Shown here piece after piece: positions 1 to 8,125 of a DNA stretch of 32,324 nt. The DNA is from an uncultured Caulobacterales bacterium (lineage in GTDB: Bacteria > Pseudomonadota > Alphaproteobacteria > Caulobacterales > Parvularculaceae). How positions within the stretch are numbered: the stretch's first letter is position 1; every line of letters begins with the position of its first letter. The notes under the pieces were generated by a model, which saw only the letters and a list, made by a program, of their open reading frames with translations, was not told where the DNA came from and did not search any database. The stretch covers positions 1-32,324 of the forward strand of contig CAZGVP010000001.1 in assembly GCA_964529135.1 (NCBI GenBank), given 5' to 3'. Both the position numbers and the translations under genes were made by a program.

Positions 1-248
1 CATCTGTTTGTCTTTATGTTACTGACACACACGTCGCTGCTCTTGATGCGTCAGACCAGCAGGTTTTCATAAAGAAAATGACGGCGATGCTGGAAACCGA
101 AGAGGCAGCTTTTGATATTGGCGGATATCGTGATGCCCCGCCGGGCTTGCGAATTTGGTGTGGGGCAACGGTTGATACGAAGGATGTATCCTCCTTGTTG
201 CCCTGGCTCGATTGGGCTTTTGCTTGCGTGAAAGCTGACCTTTCCTGA
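1..248 (+). CDS. serC: Phosphoserine aminotransferase, C-terminal fragment (5' end lies outside the window)
   Basis: The frame is open from the window edge to TGA at 246-248. It translates as ...SVCLYVTDTHVAALDASDQQVFIKKMTAMLETEEAAFDIGGYRDAPPGLRIWCGATVDTKDVSSLLPWLDWAFACVKADLS. The GGYRDAPPGLRIWCGATV tail matches my memory of SerC C-termini, and it lies directly upstream of serA, a common serC-serA arrangement. It is absent from the ORF track because it is truncated. Confidence 0.7.
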   Translation, partial: SVCLYVTDTHVAALDASDQQVFIKKMTAMLETEEAAFDIGGYRDAPPGLRIWCGATVDTKDVSSLLPWLDWAFACVKADLS

Positions 249-331
249 TCTTTGTAACGCCTGCGAAGTACAGCCAGTATCTCGCAGGTAAATAAACTTT
301 GAAAATTACCTAAAATTTATGGAGTGCCATC

Positions 332-1927
332 ATGGCTACCGAAAAAAAACCCGTTGTTCTGATTTCTGATGCTCTTAGTGAAACTGCTGTCAATATATTT
401 CAGGAGCGTGGCGTCGACGTTGATTATCAACCGACACTCGGGAAGGATAAAGAAAAATTACTATCAATCATTGGCAATTATGATGGTCTCGCTGTGCGAT
501 CTGCGACCAAGGCCACAGAGGAGGTCATCCGTGCAGGAAAAAACCTTAAAGTAATTGGCCGGGCGGGGATCGGTGTGGATAACGTGGATATCCCGGTTGC
601 CACTGCAAACGGCGTTGTTGTGATGAATACACCATTCGGGAATGCAATCACCACAGCAGAACATGCAATTGCAATGATGTTTTCATTGGCGCGTAAAATC
701 CCACAAGCTAACCAATCTACCCATGCAGGTAAGTGGGAAAAATCGAAATTTATGGGTACGGAACTTTATGGCAAGACTCTTGGGTTGATAGGGTGTGGAA
801 ATATTGGTTCAATTGTTGCGGATCGAGCTGTGGGCCTGAAGCTTCGCGTTGTTGCATTTGACCCTTTTCTTTCAGAGGCGCGTGCGGTTGAGTTGGGTGT
901 CGAAAAAGTAGAACTGGATGACCTGTTAGCACGTGCTGATATCATAACTCTGCATACCCCACTTACGGATCAAACACGTAACATTCTGGGACCAGTGAAT
1001 TTGGGCAAAGCTAAAAAAGGTGTACAGATTATCAATTGCGCGCGCGGCGGCCTTGTTGATGAGGTTGCCTTGAAGGAGGGTATAGATAGTGGGCATATTT
1101 CAGCTGCTGCGCTGGATGTGTTTGAGGTGGAGCCAGCCAAGGAACATCCTTTGTTTGGGTATGAAAATGTTGTCTTGACCCCTCATCTTGGGGCATCAAC
1201 GCGTGAAGCTCAGGAAAATGTCGCCATTCAAGTAGCAGAGCAAATGGCGGATTATCTTGTTCGTGGTGCTGTGACGAATGCCCTCAATATGCCGTCTGTT
1301 TCCGCAGAGGAAGCCCCGCGTCTGAAACCATTTATATCACTTGCTGGGTATTTAGGTCTATTTGCTGGTCAATTAACAGAGACATCAGTCAAGGGGATTG
1401 AAGTTGTTTATGCAGGGGATGTTGCAAAATTAAATACAAGGCCATTGACGGCGGCGGCAGTTGCGGGCGTTCTCAAGCCAATGCTATCAGATGTTAATAT
1501 TGTTAATGCCCCGACTTTAGCAAAAGAGCGTGGTATTGCAATCGCGGAAACGTACCGTGATGATGTTGAGAATTTCGAGAGTTTAATTCGCTTGCGTATC
1601 ATAACGGAGCGCCAACAAAGATCAGTTTCCGGCGCACTTTTTGGGTCTGTACCACGTGTAACCGAGGTAAAGGGTGTGCCGATGGAAGCCTCTTTCACCA
1701 AGCATATGCTGTTTGTTACCAATGAAGACCGCCCGGGCTTTATCGGAGCATTGGGTCAGGCGCTTGGTGATGCTGGCGTTAATATTGCGACATTCAACCT
1801 TGGTCGAGCCAGTGTTGGGGATGAGGCGATTGCGTTGATTGCAGTGGATGATGCGGTTAGCGAGGAGACGCTCGATAAAGTTGCTGATCTTTCTTACGTG
1901 ACACAGGTCAAAGCCCTGGCGTTTTAG
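332..1927 (+). CDS. serA: D-3-phosphoglycerate dehydrogenase (long form with C-terminal ACT domain)
   Basis: 531 aa. NAD-binding GLIGCGNIGS, catalytic-region motifs NCARGG and TPHLGAST, and a C-terminal ACT-like segment MLFVTNEDRPGFIGALGQALGDAGVNIATFNLGR. GGAG lies 7 nt upstream of the ATG. Confidence 0.95.
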   Translation: MATEKKPVVLISDALSETAVNIFQERGVDVDYQPTLGKDKEKLLSIIGNYDGLAVRSATKATEEVIRAGKNLKVIGRAGIGVDNVDIPVATANGVVVMNTPFGNAITTAEHAIAMMFSLARKIPQANQSTHAGKWEKSKFMGTELYGKTLGLIGCGNIGSIVADRAVGLKLRVVAFDPFLSEARAVELGVEKVELDDLLARADIITLHTPLTDQTRNILGPVNLGKAKKGVQIINCARGGLVDEVALKEGIDSGHISAAALDVFEVEPAKEHPLFGYENVVLTPHLGASTREAQENVAIQVAEQMADYLVRGAVTNALNMPSVSAEEAPRLKPFISLAGYLGLFAGQLTETSVKGIEVVYAGDVAKLNTRPLTAAAVAGVLKPMLSDVNIVNAPTLAKERGIAIAETYRDDVENFESLIRLRIITERQQRSVSGALFGSVPRVTEVKGVPMEASFTKHMLFVTNEDRPGFIGALGQALGDAGVNIATFNLGRASVGDEAIALIAVDDAVSEETLDKVADLSYVTQVKALAF

Positions 1928-2080
1928 CGCTGGCGGGATGTGAGGGGTCAGGTGAAGATATTTCACTCGTTTGAGTGTTTTCATCAATACCATAAGAAGC
2001 TTTGCCAGCCGTGGCAAAAGCAGATATCAAGGCCTGAAGTTTCATAACCCGTTCATCTGGGGTTCACTCATCAGGTTTTC

Positions 2081-3787
2081 ATGACACGCATTTTGATCAC
2101 ATCCGCTCTGCCCTATATTAATGGGATCAAGCATCTCGGTAATCTCGTTGGATCGATGTTACCTTCTGATGTTTATGCTCGGTATTGTCGCCAGCGAGGC
2201 CATGAAACAGTGTTTATATGCGCCACTGATGAACATGGGACGCCAGCAGAGCTAGCGGCCGCAGCAGCAGGCATGCCCGTTGCTGACTATTGCGCTCAAC
2301 AATATGAGGTTCAGCGGGGTGCCGGCGAAGCATTTGGGTTAAGCTTTGATCATTTCGGGCGGTCCTCAAATGAGGCTAACCACGAATTGACACAGCATTT
2401 TGCGAATATACTCGAGGATAACGGCCTGATTGAGGAGCGCACAGACGCTCAGATTTATTCTAATGCTGATAAACGATTTCTTCCAGATCGCTATGTGGAA
2501 GGGATTTGTCCGACTTGCGATTATGAAAAGGCGCGTGGTGACCAGTGTGATAATTGCGGGCGTTTACTCGATCCGATTGAGTTAAAAAATCCGTACTCGG
2601 CTGTTTCTGGTTCTCATGATGTTGAGGTGCGTGAAACTCGTCACCTTTATCTGTTGCAATCGAAACAGCAACAACAGATTGAGGACTGGCTTGCCACTAA
2701 AGATAGTTTCCCTGCCTTGACGCGATCCATTGCCAATAAGTGGTTGAAAGAAGGGTTGCGTGACCGGGGAATTACCCGTGATCTTAAATGGGGGGTTCCA
2801 GTTACGCGTAATGGTGCGCCGAGACCCGGCTTTGAGAACAAGGTTTTTTATGTCTGGTTTGATGCGCCGATAGAATATATGGCTGCAACAAAAGAATGGG
2901 CAGATGCAAATGGGGATGACTGGAAACGCTGGTGGCGCCTTGATTGTGGAGCAGAGGATGTCCGTTATGTACAGGTGATGGGCAAGGACAATGTTGCCTT
3001 TCATACTGTTAGCTTTCCAGCAACTTTGTTGGGCTCGCAGGAACCATGGAAAACTGTGGATACGTTGAAATCTCTTAATTGGTTGACTTGGTACGGTGGT
3101 AAATTTTCCACTAGCGAGAAACGCGGCATATTCATGGATCAGGCATTGGAAATTCTTCCGCCTGACTATTGGCGTTGGTACCTCATGGCGAATGCACCGG
3201 AAAGCGATGATACGTCATTTACACTGGAACATTTTGCTGGCGTGGTGAACAAGGATCTTTCTGACGTGCTTGGGAATTTCGTCAATCGCATTACTCGTTT
3301 TTGTAATTCAAAATTTGGCGCAGAAGTGCCTGAAGGTGGTGAGTGGGGTGATCATGAAAATGCGCTCGTGCTAAACCTTGAAGAACGATTGGTTTCTTAC
3401 ACTGCTAACCTTGAAGCTATGGAGTTTCGTAAAGCTTGTGCGGATTTGCGTAGTATCTGGGTTGCGGGGAATGAGTATCTACAAGAAACAGCTCCATGGA
3501 CGGCCTTTAAGAGTGACCCGGAAAATGCTGCTGTTAGTGTAAGGGTTGGGTTGAATCTTATTCGGTTTTTTGCCCATCTTAGTATGCCAGTGATCCCGTT
3601 TACTGCAGAAAAAATGCTGACCGTATTTGGGGAAAAGCCAGAGGATGTAATCTGGCCAGAAAATGTGAAAACGGCGCTGACATATATAGCGCCTGGCATA
3701 AGTTTTACGGCACCCGATATTTTATTTTCCAAAATTGACGAAGATCAGCTCACGGATTGGTGTGCAAGGTTTGGAGCAGAGGAATGA
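2081..3787 (+). CDS. metG: Methionine--tRNA ligase (short form, no C-terminal tRNA-binding appendix)
   Basis: 568 aa. HIGH-type motif [12 protein letters not shown], zinc knuckle [18 protein letters not shown] and KMSKS-type motif KFSTSEKRG. Confidence 0.95.
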   Translation: MTRILITSALPYINGIKHLGNLVGSMLPSDVYARYCRQRGHETVFICATDEHGTPAELAAAAAGMPVADYCAQQYEVQRGAGEAFGLSFDHFGRSSNEANHELTQHFANILEDNGLIEERTDAQIYSNADKRFLPDRYVEGICPTCDYEKARGDQCDNCGRLLDPIELKNPYSAVSGSHDVEVRETRHLYLLQSKQQQQIEDWLATKDSFPALTRSIANKWLKEGLRDRGITRDLKWGVPVTRNGAPRPGFENKVFYVWFDAPIEYMAATKEWADANGDDWKRWWRLDCGAEDVRYVQVMGKDNVAFHTVSFPATLLGSQEPWKTVDTLKSLNWLTWYGGKFSTSEKRGIFMDQALEILPPDYWRWYLMANAPESDDTSFTLEHFAGVVNKDLSDVLGNFVNRITRFCNSKFGAEVPEGGEWGDHENALVLNLEERLVSYTANLEAMEFRKACADLRSIWVAGNEYLQETAPWTAFKSDPENAAVSVRVGLNLIRFFAHLSMPVIPFTAEKMLTVFGEKPEDVIWPENVKTALTYIAPGISFTAPDILFSKIDEDQLTDWCARFGAEE

Positions 3788-4023
3788 TGATCGAAATACT
3801 TGGCTGGTCAGGCGCACTTCTTCTCCTGCTTGCTTATGGATTATTATCTGTTGGAAAATTACGTTCGCAAGATGTTCGTTATCAATCAATGAATATTATT
3901 GCCGGGGTGTTTCTGATCGTCAACGCTGTCAGTAATGGTGTCTGGCCATTTGTAGCGTTGAATGCCGTCTGGGCACTTGTGGGTATTTTCACTGTCATTC
4001 GGATTACGACACAGGAAAAATAA
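3784..4023 (+). CDS. Small (about 79 aa) three-helix integral membrane protein of unknown function
   Basis: The ATG at 3784 overlaps the metG stop (ATGA, 3784-3787). Translation [26 protein letters not shown]...[38 protein letters not shown] shows three hydrophobic helices. The ORF-track start at 3757 lies inside metG and seems less likely. Confidence 0.6.
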   Translation: MMIEILGWSGALLLLLAYGLLSVGKLRSQDVRYQSMNIIAGVFLIVNAVSNGVWPFVALNAVWALVGIFTVIRITTQEK

Positions 4024-4245
4024 TCTTCAGCTTTCGTCAATGTATGCTTTGCCAATAATTACTATCACCAGAGACTGCGATTTTTGATCGCATAAAGGGT
4101 AGAACGGATTTGTAAAATTGTATGTACGGTTTTATTTTTTGAATTCAAGTCCAATTAAAGGAATTAGAGCACGCTTGTAATGCAATGGTTCACAAACGTG
4201 CTCTCGAAACCGTAAATCATTATTTTTCTAAAGTGCGTTTAGCTT

Positions 4246-5937
4246 TTATTTTGCTTTGCTTTCTAGATCTTTTAAGCGTTTTTCAAGTTGCTTGCGGGTT
4301 TCCCTTATCCGCTCAGCTGCATGCTTTTCTTCCTCTTTGAGGTGTTCAATGGCGGTACGTAAGCCTTCAGCTTCTATTTCGGGTGTGACCCTGGTATCGT
4401 GAACAATCTCTCCGTCCTTGCAAATGATCATATGTGGCTCACCCTTGATTTCTTCGGTAATGGTTTCACCGTTTTCGTCATGGGTGCGTATGATCATAAC
4501 TTTTTTAGTTTTAGTTTTAGTTTTTGTTGTAGGAGCTTCAAGCTTACTTTCCTCAATGTCTTTTTGATTGAGTGCGGTTTTGATTTCTTCATCAAGGCTT
4601 ATGCATGAAACTCCATGGCTTCCTTCGCCGTCCCCTTCCCCGATGAACACCATCTTACCCTTCATATCGAACGAAAAATCGTCATCATCTGTCCAGGTAA
4701 CAACATTGGTACCAAATTTTTCTATTCGAATATTTTCTCCATTTGTAGAAACAGATTTAGTGATGAGTTTGCGTTTTTTACCGTCATTTCCGGTAAAAAT
4801 TTGTTTTTCGATGATTTCAGTTTCACGGGTTTCAGAAGTTTCCTCTTGAGATGCGTATCCATATTGCGCCGTTACCGCGAGGCTGGCAGCTATGAATACA
4901 GATACGCCAATACTGCCAATGGTGCGACGTTTTGAGGTTGGTGTGAATTTCATCAGCATAAGTCTTTCCTTTACATCGTTTCCTAATAACAGAGAAGTGG
5001 GTGACAGAGGTTGAGAGGATAATGCAGGGCCATGCGTTGCCCGCGCAGATTTTATCAATGCGCTCGCGTAATTATGTTTTTTTGCATATTTGGAGTGAGT
5101 GTTGCCAGTAAGCACTAAAGCATCGCATGATGATTCCTGATCCGCTCTAAACGCACGCCATGCAATGTGTACCATCGGATTAGGCCATTGTATGGCTCGA
5201 AATACCATTGCCCCAAAAGAAAACCACAGATCACCACGTTTGATATGTGTTAGTTCATGAGTTAACGCGAGATCTTGCTCAATTGGAGTGTAAATCTCGC
5301 TGAATGAAGCAGGCAAGATAATGACTGGTTTGAAAAGCCCGGTGACCAGCGGGCCGGTTTGCATTTTTGATAGGCGTATGGTTACAGACTTACGCAAGTT
5401 AATGCTTTTGGCAATTTTATTAGTTGACTGATTAATTAATCCGCAAACAGGCCGGGAGTTAGTCAATAGGTAGTTATGATAGAGTGCCTGGCGTGCAAGC
5501 TGAGCGCAAAACCACAAGAGTGCACATGCAAGCCAGACTGTTATGGCGGTTTCTACCAATATAAATGAGGGTGTTGCCACTGTATTCGCTGGTATGCCTG
5601 GCATGAGTTGCATTGTTTCATGGCTTGCCCCTGGAGGCGCCGCATATGTTGTCAATAAGGCTTGCAAATTTTCTGGCATGAGAGCTTGAGAGTGTGGTTT
5701 CAATATTGAAAATTCTGGCAGAAAAAATCGAATGACGGGAAGAAGCCATAAGGCGTATGTGGCCCGGGGCCCGAATGTTTTGGCTATTGGTTTGCGAATA
5801 AGAAGAACGAGGCTAATCAACAGGGCAATAATGAGCGTGGTTTCCATTAGCCAGCCAAATAATGCGCCGGATGTTCCCGCTTGCTCCAGGGAAAATATTT
5901 TTTCTATAAAGTCGCCAAACAGCTTACTGATCGTCAT
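4246..5937 (-). CDS. BlaR1/MecR1-like M56 family membrane metalloprotease (signal transducer) with a non-canonical C-terminal domain
   Basis: 563 aa. N-terminal transmembrane helices, zinc motif HELTHIKRGD (HEXXH), and a further transmembrane segment IGSIGVSVFIAASLAVTAQ. A 201-aa charged tail follows, with TKTKTKTKK and a terminal coiled-coil-like KEEEKHAAERIRETRKQLEKRLKDLESKAK. Its start overlaps the blaI-like stop by 14 nt. Confidence 0.85.
   Translation of the reverse strand: MTISKLFGDFIEKIFSLEQAGTSGALFGWLMETTLIIALLISLVLLIRKPIAKTFGPRATYALWLLPVIRFFLPEFSILKPHSQALMPENLQALLTTYAAPPGASHETMQLMPGIPANTVATPSFILVETAITVWLACALLWFCAQLARQALYHNYLLTNSRPVCGLINQSTNKIAKSINLRKSVTIRLSKMQTGPLVTGLFKPVIILPASFSEIYTPIEQDLALTHELTHIKRGDLWFSFGAMVFRAIQWPNPMVHIAWRAFRADQESSCDALVLTGNTHSKYAKKHNYASALIKSARATHGPALSSQPLSPTSLLLGNDVKERLMLMKFTPTSKRRTIGSIGVSVFIAASLAVTAQYGYASQEETSETRETEIIEKQIFTGNDGKKRKLITKSVSTNGENIRIEKFGTNVVTWTDDDDFSFDMKGKMVFIGEGDGEGSHGVSCISLDEEIKTALNQKDIEESKLEAPTTKTKTKTKKVMIIRTHDENGETITEEIKGEPHMIICKDGEIVHDTRVTPEIEAEGLRTAIEHLKEEEKHAAERIRETRKQLEKRLKDLESKAK
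4503..4526 (-). repeat. In-frame hexanucleotide tandem repeat, (TTTTAG)x3 plus one degenerate unit on the + strand, encoding the (KT)n linker of the M56 protein
   Basis: Read directly: ttttag at 4503-4508, 4509-4514 and 4515-4520, then tttttg at 4521-4526. The minus-strand codons are ACA ACA AAA ACT AAA ACT AAA ACT AAA AAA, giving TTKTKTKTKK. Confidence 0.9.
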
Positions 5938-6316
5938 GCTTTAGCTCCTCAAGTAAAGCTTCCAGCTCGGCAATATCATCATTGTTCAGGCCACCCGATG
6001 TTTCTGCAAGGTGAGCGACCAAAGGCGCGGCGCGTCCTCCAAACAATCGATCTACAAATTGGCGGGTTTCAAGTTGTGCGTAATCGGTACGGCTTACAGT
6101 CGGCTCATACAAATATCGGCGTCCATCTTTGTGATGATTGATGATTCCTTTATCTGCCAGGCGAGCAAGGAGTGTTTTTACCGTTGTAAGGCTCCAGCGG
6201 GTGGTGGGTGTCAGCAGGTCTGCAATATCCGCAGCGGCCATAGGCGCGTTATGCCACAACACTTCCATAACCTGATATTCTGCATCGGTGATTTTTTCGG
6301 CAAGTTTTGCTGGCAT
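5924..6316 (-). CDS. BlaI/MecI/CopY family winged-helix transcriptional repressor
   Basis: 130 aa. The N-terminus ITDAEYQVMEVLWHNAPMAAADIADLL...WSLTTVKTLLARLADKGII...GRRYLYEP is typical of the penicillinase-repressor fold. It is translationally coupled to the downstream M56 gene through the overlap ATGACGATCAGTAA. Confidence 0.9.
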   Translation of the reverse strand: MPAKLAEKITDAEYQVMEVLWHNAPMAAADIADLLTPTTRWSLTTVKTLLARLADKGIINHHKDGRRYLYEPTVSRTDYAQLETRQFVDRLFGGRAAPLVAHLAETSGGLNNDDIAELEALLEELKHDDQ

Positions 6317-6329
6317 TTTTTCGTACCAT

Positions 6330-6375
6330 ATTGACTACAAGTGTAGCCATACAATCGATTACATCTGTAGTCAAT
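6330..6375. promoter_or_regulatory. Putative twin BlaI-type operator: two TACA-N2-TGTA dyads nested in a 46-bp palindrome
   Basis: CTACA-AG-TGTAG at 6335-6346 and TTACA-TC-TGTAG at 6359-6370. The outer arms ATTGACTACA (6330-6339) and TGTAGTCAAT (6366-6375) are perfect reverse complements. The site lies 14-59 nt upstream of the repressor start codon at 6316, in the divergent intergenic region. Confidence 0.55.
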
Positions 6376-6522
6376 GGCATTGAGGCACATGTCTAGCAGT
6401 TTTGTGACGGACTGAGTGAATCCTGCGGTATCCCGTTTGTTGGAAATCGCGTATTGTTACAGAAATTATAAAACTGAGTGGCTGAAACACTCGCTATGTT
6501 GGCAAAAGGGGCCGAGTTGGGC

Positions 6523-8109
6523 ATGAGACTTCATTATATTGTAATAAGAATTTTCTGCATATTGTTTACGCTGGTGGCAGGGACGCAAACTGCCAATGCT
6601 CAAGATTGGGTCGAAGGGTCTACACAACGGCTTATCATTCGAAATGCGACATTGATTGACGGCACAGGGGCTCCCCCTCAGGGGCCTATGGATATCGCGA
6701 TTGAGAATGGACGCATTTCCCAAATTCGCAATATTGGTGCGCCCAATATTGCCCCCTTTGAACAACGCAGATTGGCAAAAGGGACGCGTGAGATAGACGC
6801 TACCGGTAAATATGTATTGCCCGGTTTTGTGAACCTTCATGGCCATATTCATGATACTGATAGCGGGCAGGGGGTGCCTTATGATTATGTGCTCAAACTC
6901 TGGCTTGCCCATGGCATTACCTCGGTGCGTGAACTAGGTAATGGCGGCGGTGCAAAATGGACCTCCGATCTGGCTGCAAGGATTGAGCGCGGTGATGAAC
7001 ATGGTCCTCGCATTTATCCGTATCCTGTATTTCGTGGCCCCTTTGCAGGTGAGGTCGATACGCCTGATCAAGCACGTGCGCGTATAAGGGCACTTAAACG
7101 AGATGGTGCGTTGGGGGTTAAATTTTTTGGTGCGCCAGAAGAAATTTTATGGGCTGGTCTTGAAGAAGCCAAAAAGCTGGATTTAAAGACGACAATGCAT
7201 CACGCTCAGCTTGATGTCGCTCATGCGAATGTTCTGGATACGTCAGCGCGTGGTCTTGGCTCTATGGAGCATTGGTATGGATTGCCTGAAGCCTTGTTCG
7301 AAGACCAGGTTTTGCAGGATTATCCGGTTGATTATGTTTATCATGATGAACAACACCGATTTGAAGAAGCCGGCAAACTTTGGGAGCAAGCAACTGAGCC
7401 AGGGACAGAACACTGGAACAGCGTGATGGGAACTTTATTAGAACGCAATTTTTCAATCGTGCCAACGTTCTCAATTTATATGGCAAGCCGTGACTGGATG
7501 CGTTCACGTCGGGCAGAATGGCATGACACTTACACTTTACCAAGTTTATGGAAGTTCTATGCGCCTGACCGTAATGCTCATGGTTCATATTGGTTTAATT
7601 GGGGAACGGAACAGGAAATCGCCTGGCGCCGTAATTACATCAAGTGGATGAGTTTCATTAATGAGTATAAGAATAAAGGTGGCCAGGTGGGAGTTGGTGA
7701 AGATGCTGGTTATATTTATTCCACATATGGTTTTGGCTATGTGCAGGAACTGGAGATGTTGCGCGAAGCAGGGTTTCATCCGTTAGAGGTGATCCGGTCT
7801 GCAACCTTGATTGGCGCTAAAATTTTGGGTGCTGATACTGAGGTGGGATCTATACAAGTTGGCAAACGGGCTGACTTATTGATAGCGAGTGAAAACCCAT
7901 TGGCAAATCTCAAAACACTCTATGCCACTGGACATATCAAGCTTGATAAGAACAATAAGGCAGTGCGCGCTGGCGGGATTGACAAGATAATCCGTGGCGG
8001 TGTGGTTTATGATGGTGCAAAATTGCGCGCTGATATTCAGGCCGGTGTTGCAACAGCAAAAGAAGCTGCGGGTATTGGACCCGGACCGATGGGTATAGTT
8101 GAGGAATAA
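6523..8109 (+). CDS. Exported metal-dependent amidohydrolase (amidohydrolase superfamily, subfamily not assignable by eye)
   Basis: Metal-binding motif LPGFVNLHGHIH and C-terminal GSIQVGKRADLLI, both typical of the amidohydrolase fold. I prefer the start at ATG 6523, which gives the signal-peptide-like N-terminus MRLHYIVIRIFCILFTLVAGTQTANA/QD. The ORF-track start at 6478 is a GTG extension. Confidence 0.85.
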   Translation: MRLHYIVIRIFCILFTLVAGTQTANAQDWVEGSTQRLIIRNATLIDGTGAPPQGPMDIAIENGRISQIRNIGAPNIAPFEQRRLAKGTREIDATGKYVLPGFVNLHGHIHDTDSGQGVPYDYVLKLWLAHGITSVRELGNGGGAKWTSDLAARIERGDEHGPRIYPYPVFRGPFAGEVDTPDQARARIRALKRDGALGVKFFGAPEEILWAGLEEAKKLDLKTTMHHAQLDVAHANVLDTSARGLGSMEHWYGLPEALFEDQVLQDYPVDYVYHDEQHRFEEAGKLWEQATEPGTEHWNSVMGTLLERNFSIVPTFSIYMASRDWMRSRRAEWHDTYTLPSLWKFYAPDRNAHGSYWFNWGTEQEIAWRRNYIKWMSFINEYKNKGGQVGVGEDAGYIYSTYGFGYVQELEMLREAGFHPLEVIRSATLIGAKILGADTEVGSIQVGKRADLLIASENPLANLKTLYATGHIKLDKNNKAVRAGGIDKIIRGGVVYDGAKLRADIQAGVATAKEAAGIGPGPMGIVEE

Positions 8110-8125
8110 GAGAGGAAATTCAGGC

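Noticed and set aside
574-582. Perfect DnaA-box-like nonamer TGTGGATAA
   Set aside because: It lies inside serA and encodes part of the conserved GIGVDNVD motif. It is a single isolated copy with no AT-rich unwinding element or box cluster, so it is coincidental.
1964-2019. Two short hairpins between serA and metG: CACTC-GTTT-GAGTG+TTTT at 1964-1981, and CTTTGCCA-GCCG-TGGCAAAG at 2000-2019
   Set aside because: The first has only a 5-bp stem and the second lacks a U-tract. They are plausible weak terminators or RNA-stability elements, but not convincing enough to annotate.
4166-4204. Inverted repeat AGAGCACG-N23-CGTGCTCT downstream of the M56 gene, plus a weaker TGCGAT-TTTTG-ATCGCA at 4076-4092
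   Set aside because: The loop is large, or the stem is short and AT-poor, and there is no proper U-tract on either strand. It may help terminate the convergent transcripts, but it is not a confident intrinsic terminator.
6478-6522. N-terminal extensions in the ORF track: starts at 6478, 8099, 9449, 13101, 17020, 24083 and possibly 14653 and 31199
   Set aside because: The extensions begin at GTG or TTG, or lack an RBS. They overlap upstream genes or add residues that precede canonical N-termini, for example [10 protein letters not shown] of PyrG, or clean signal peptides. I preferred internal ATGs with Shine-Dalgarno sequences. This is judgement from sequence only and is not proven.
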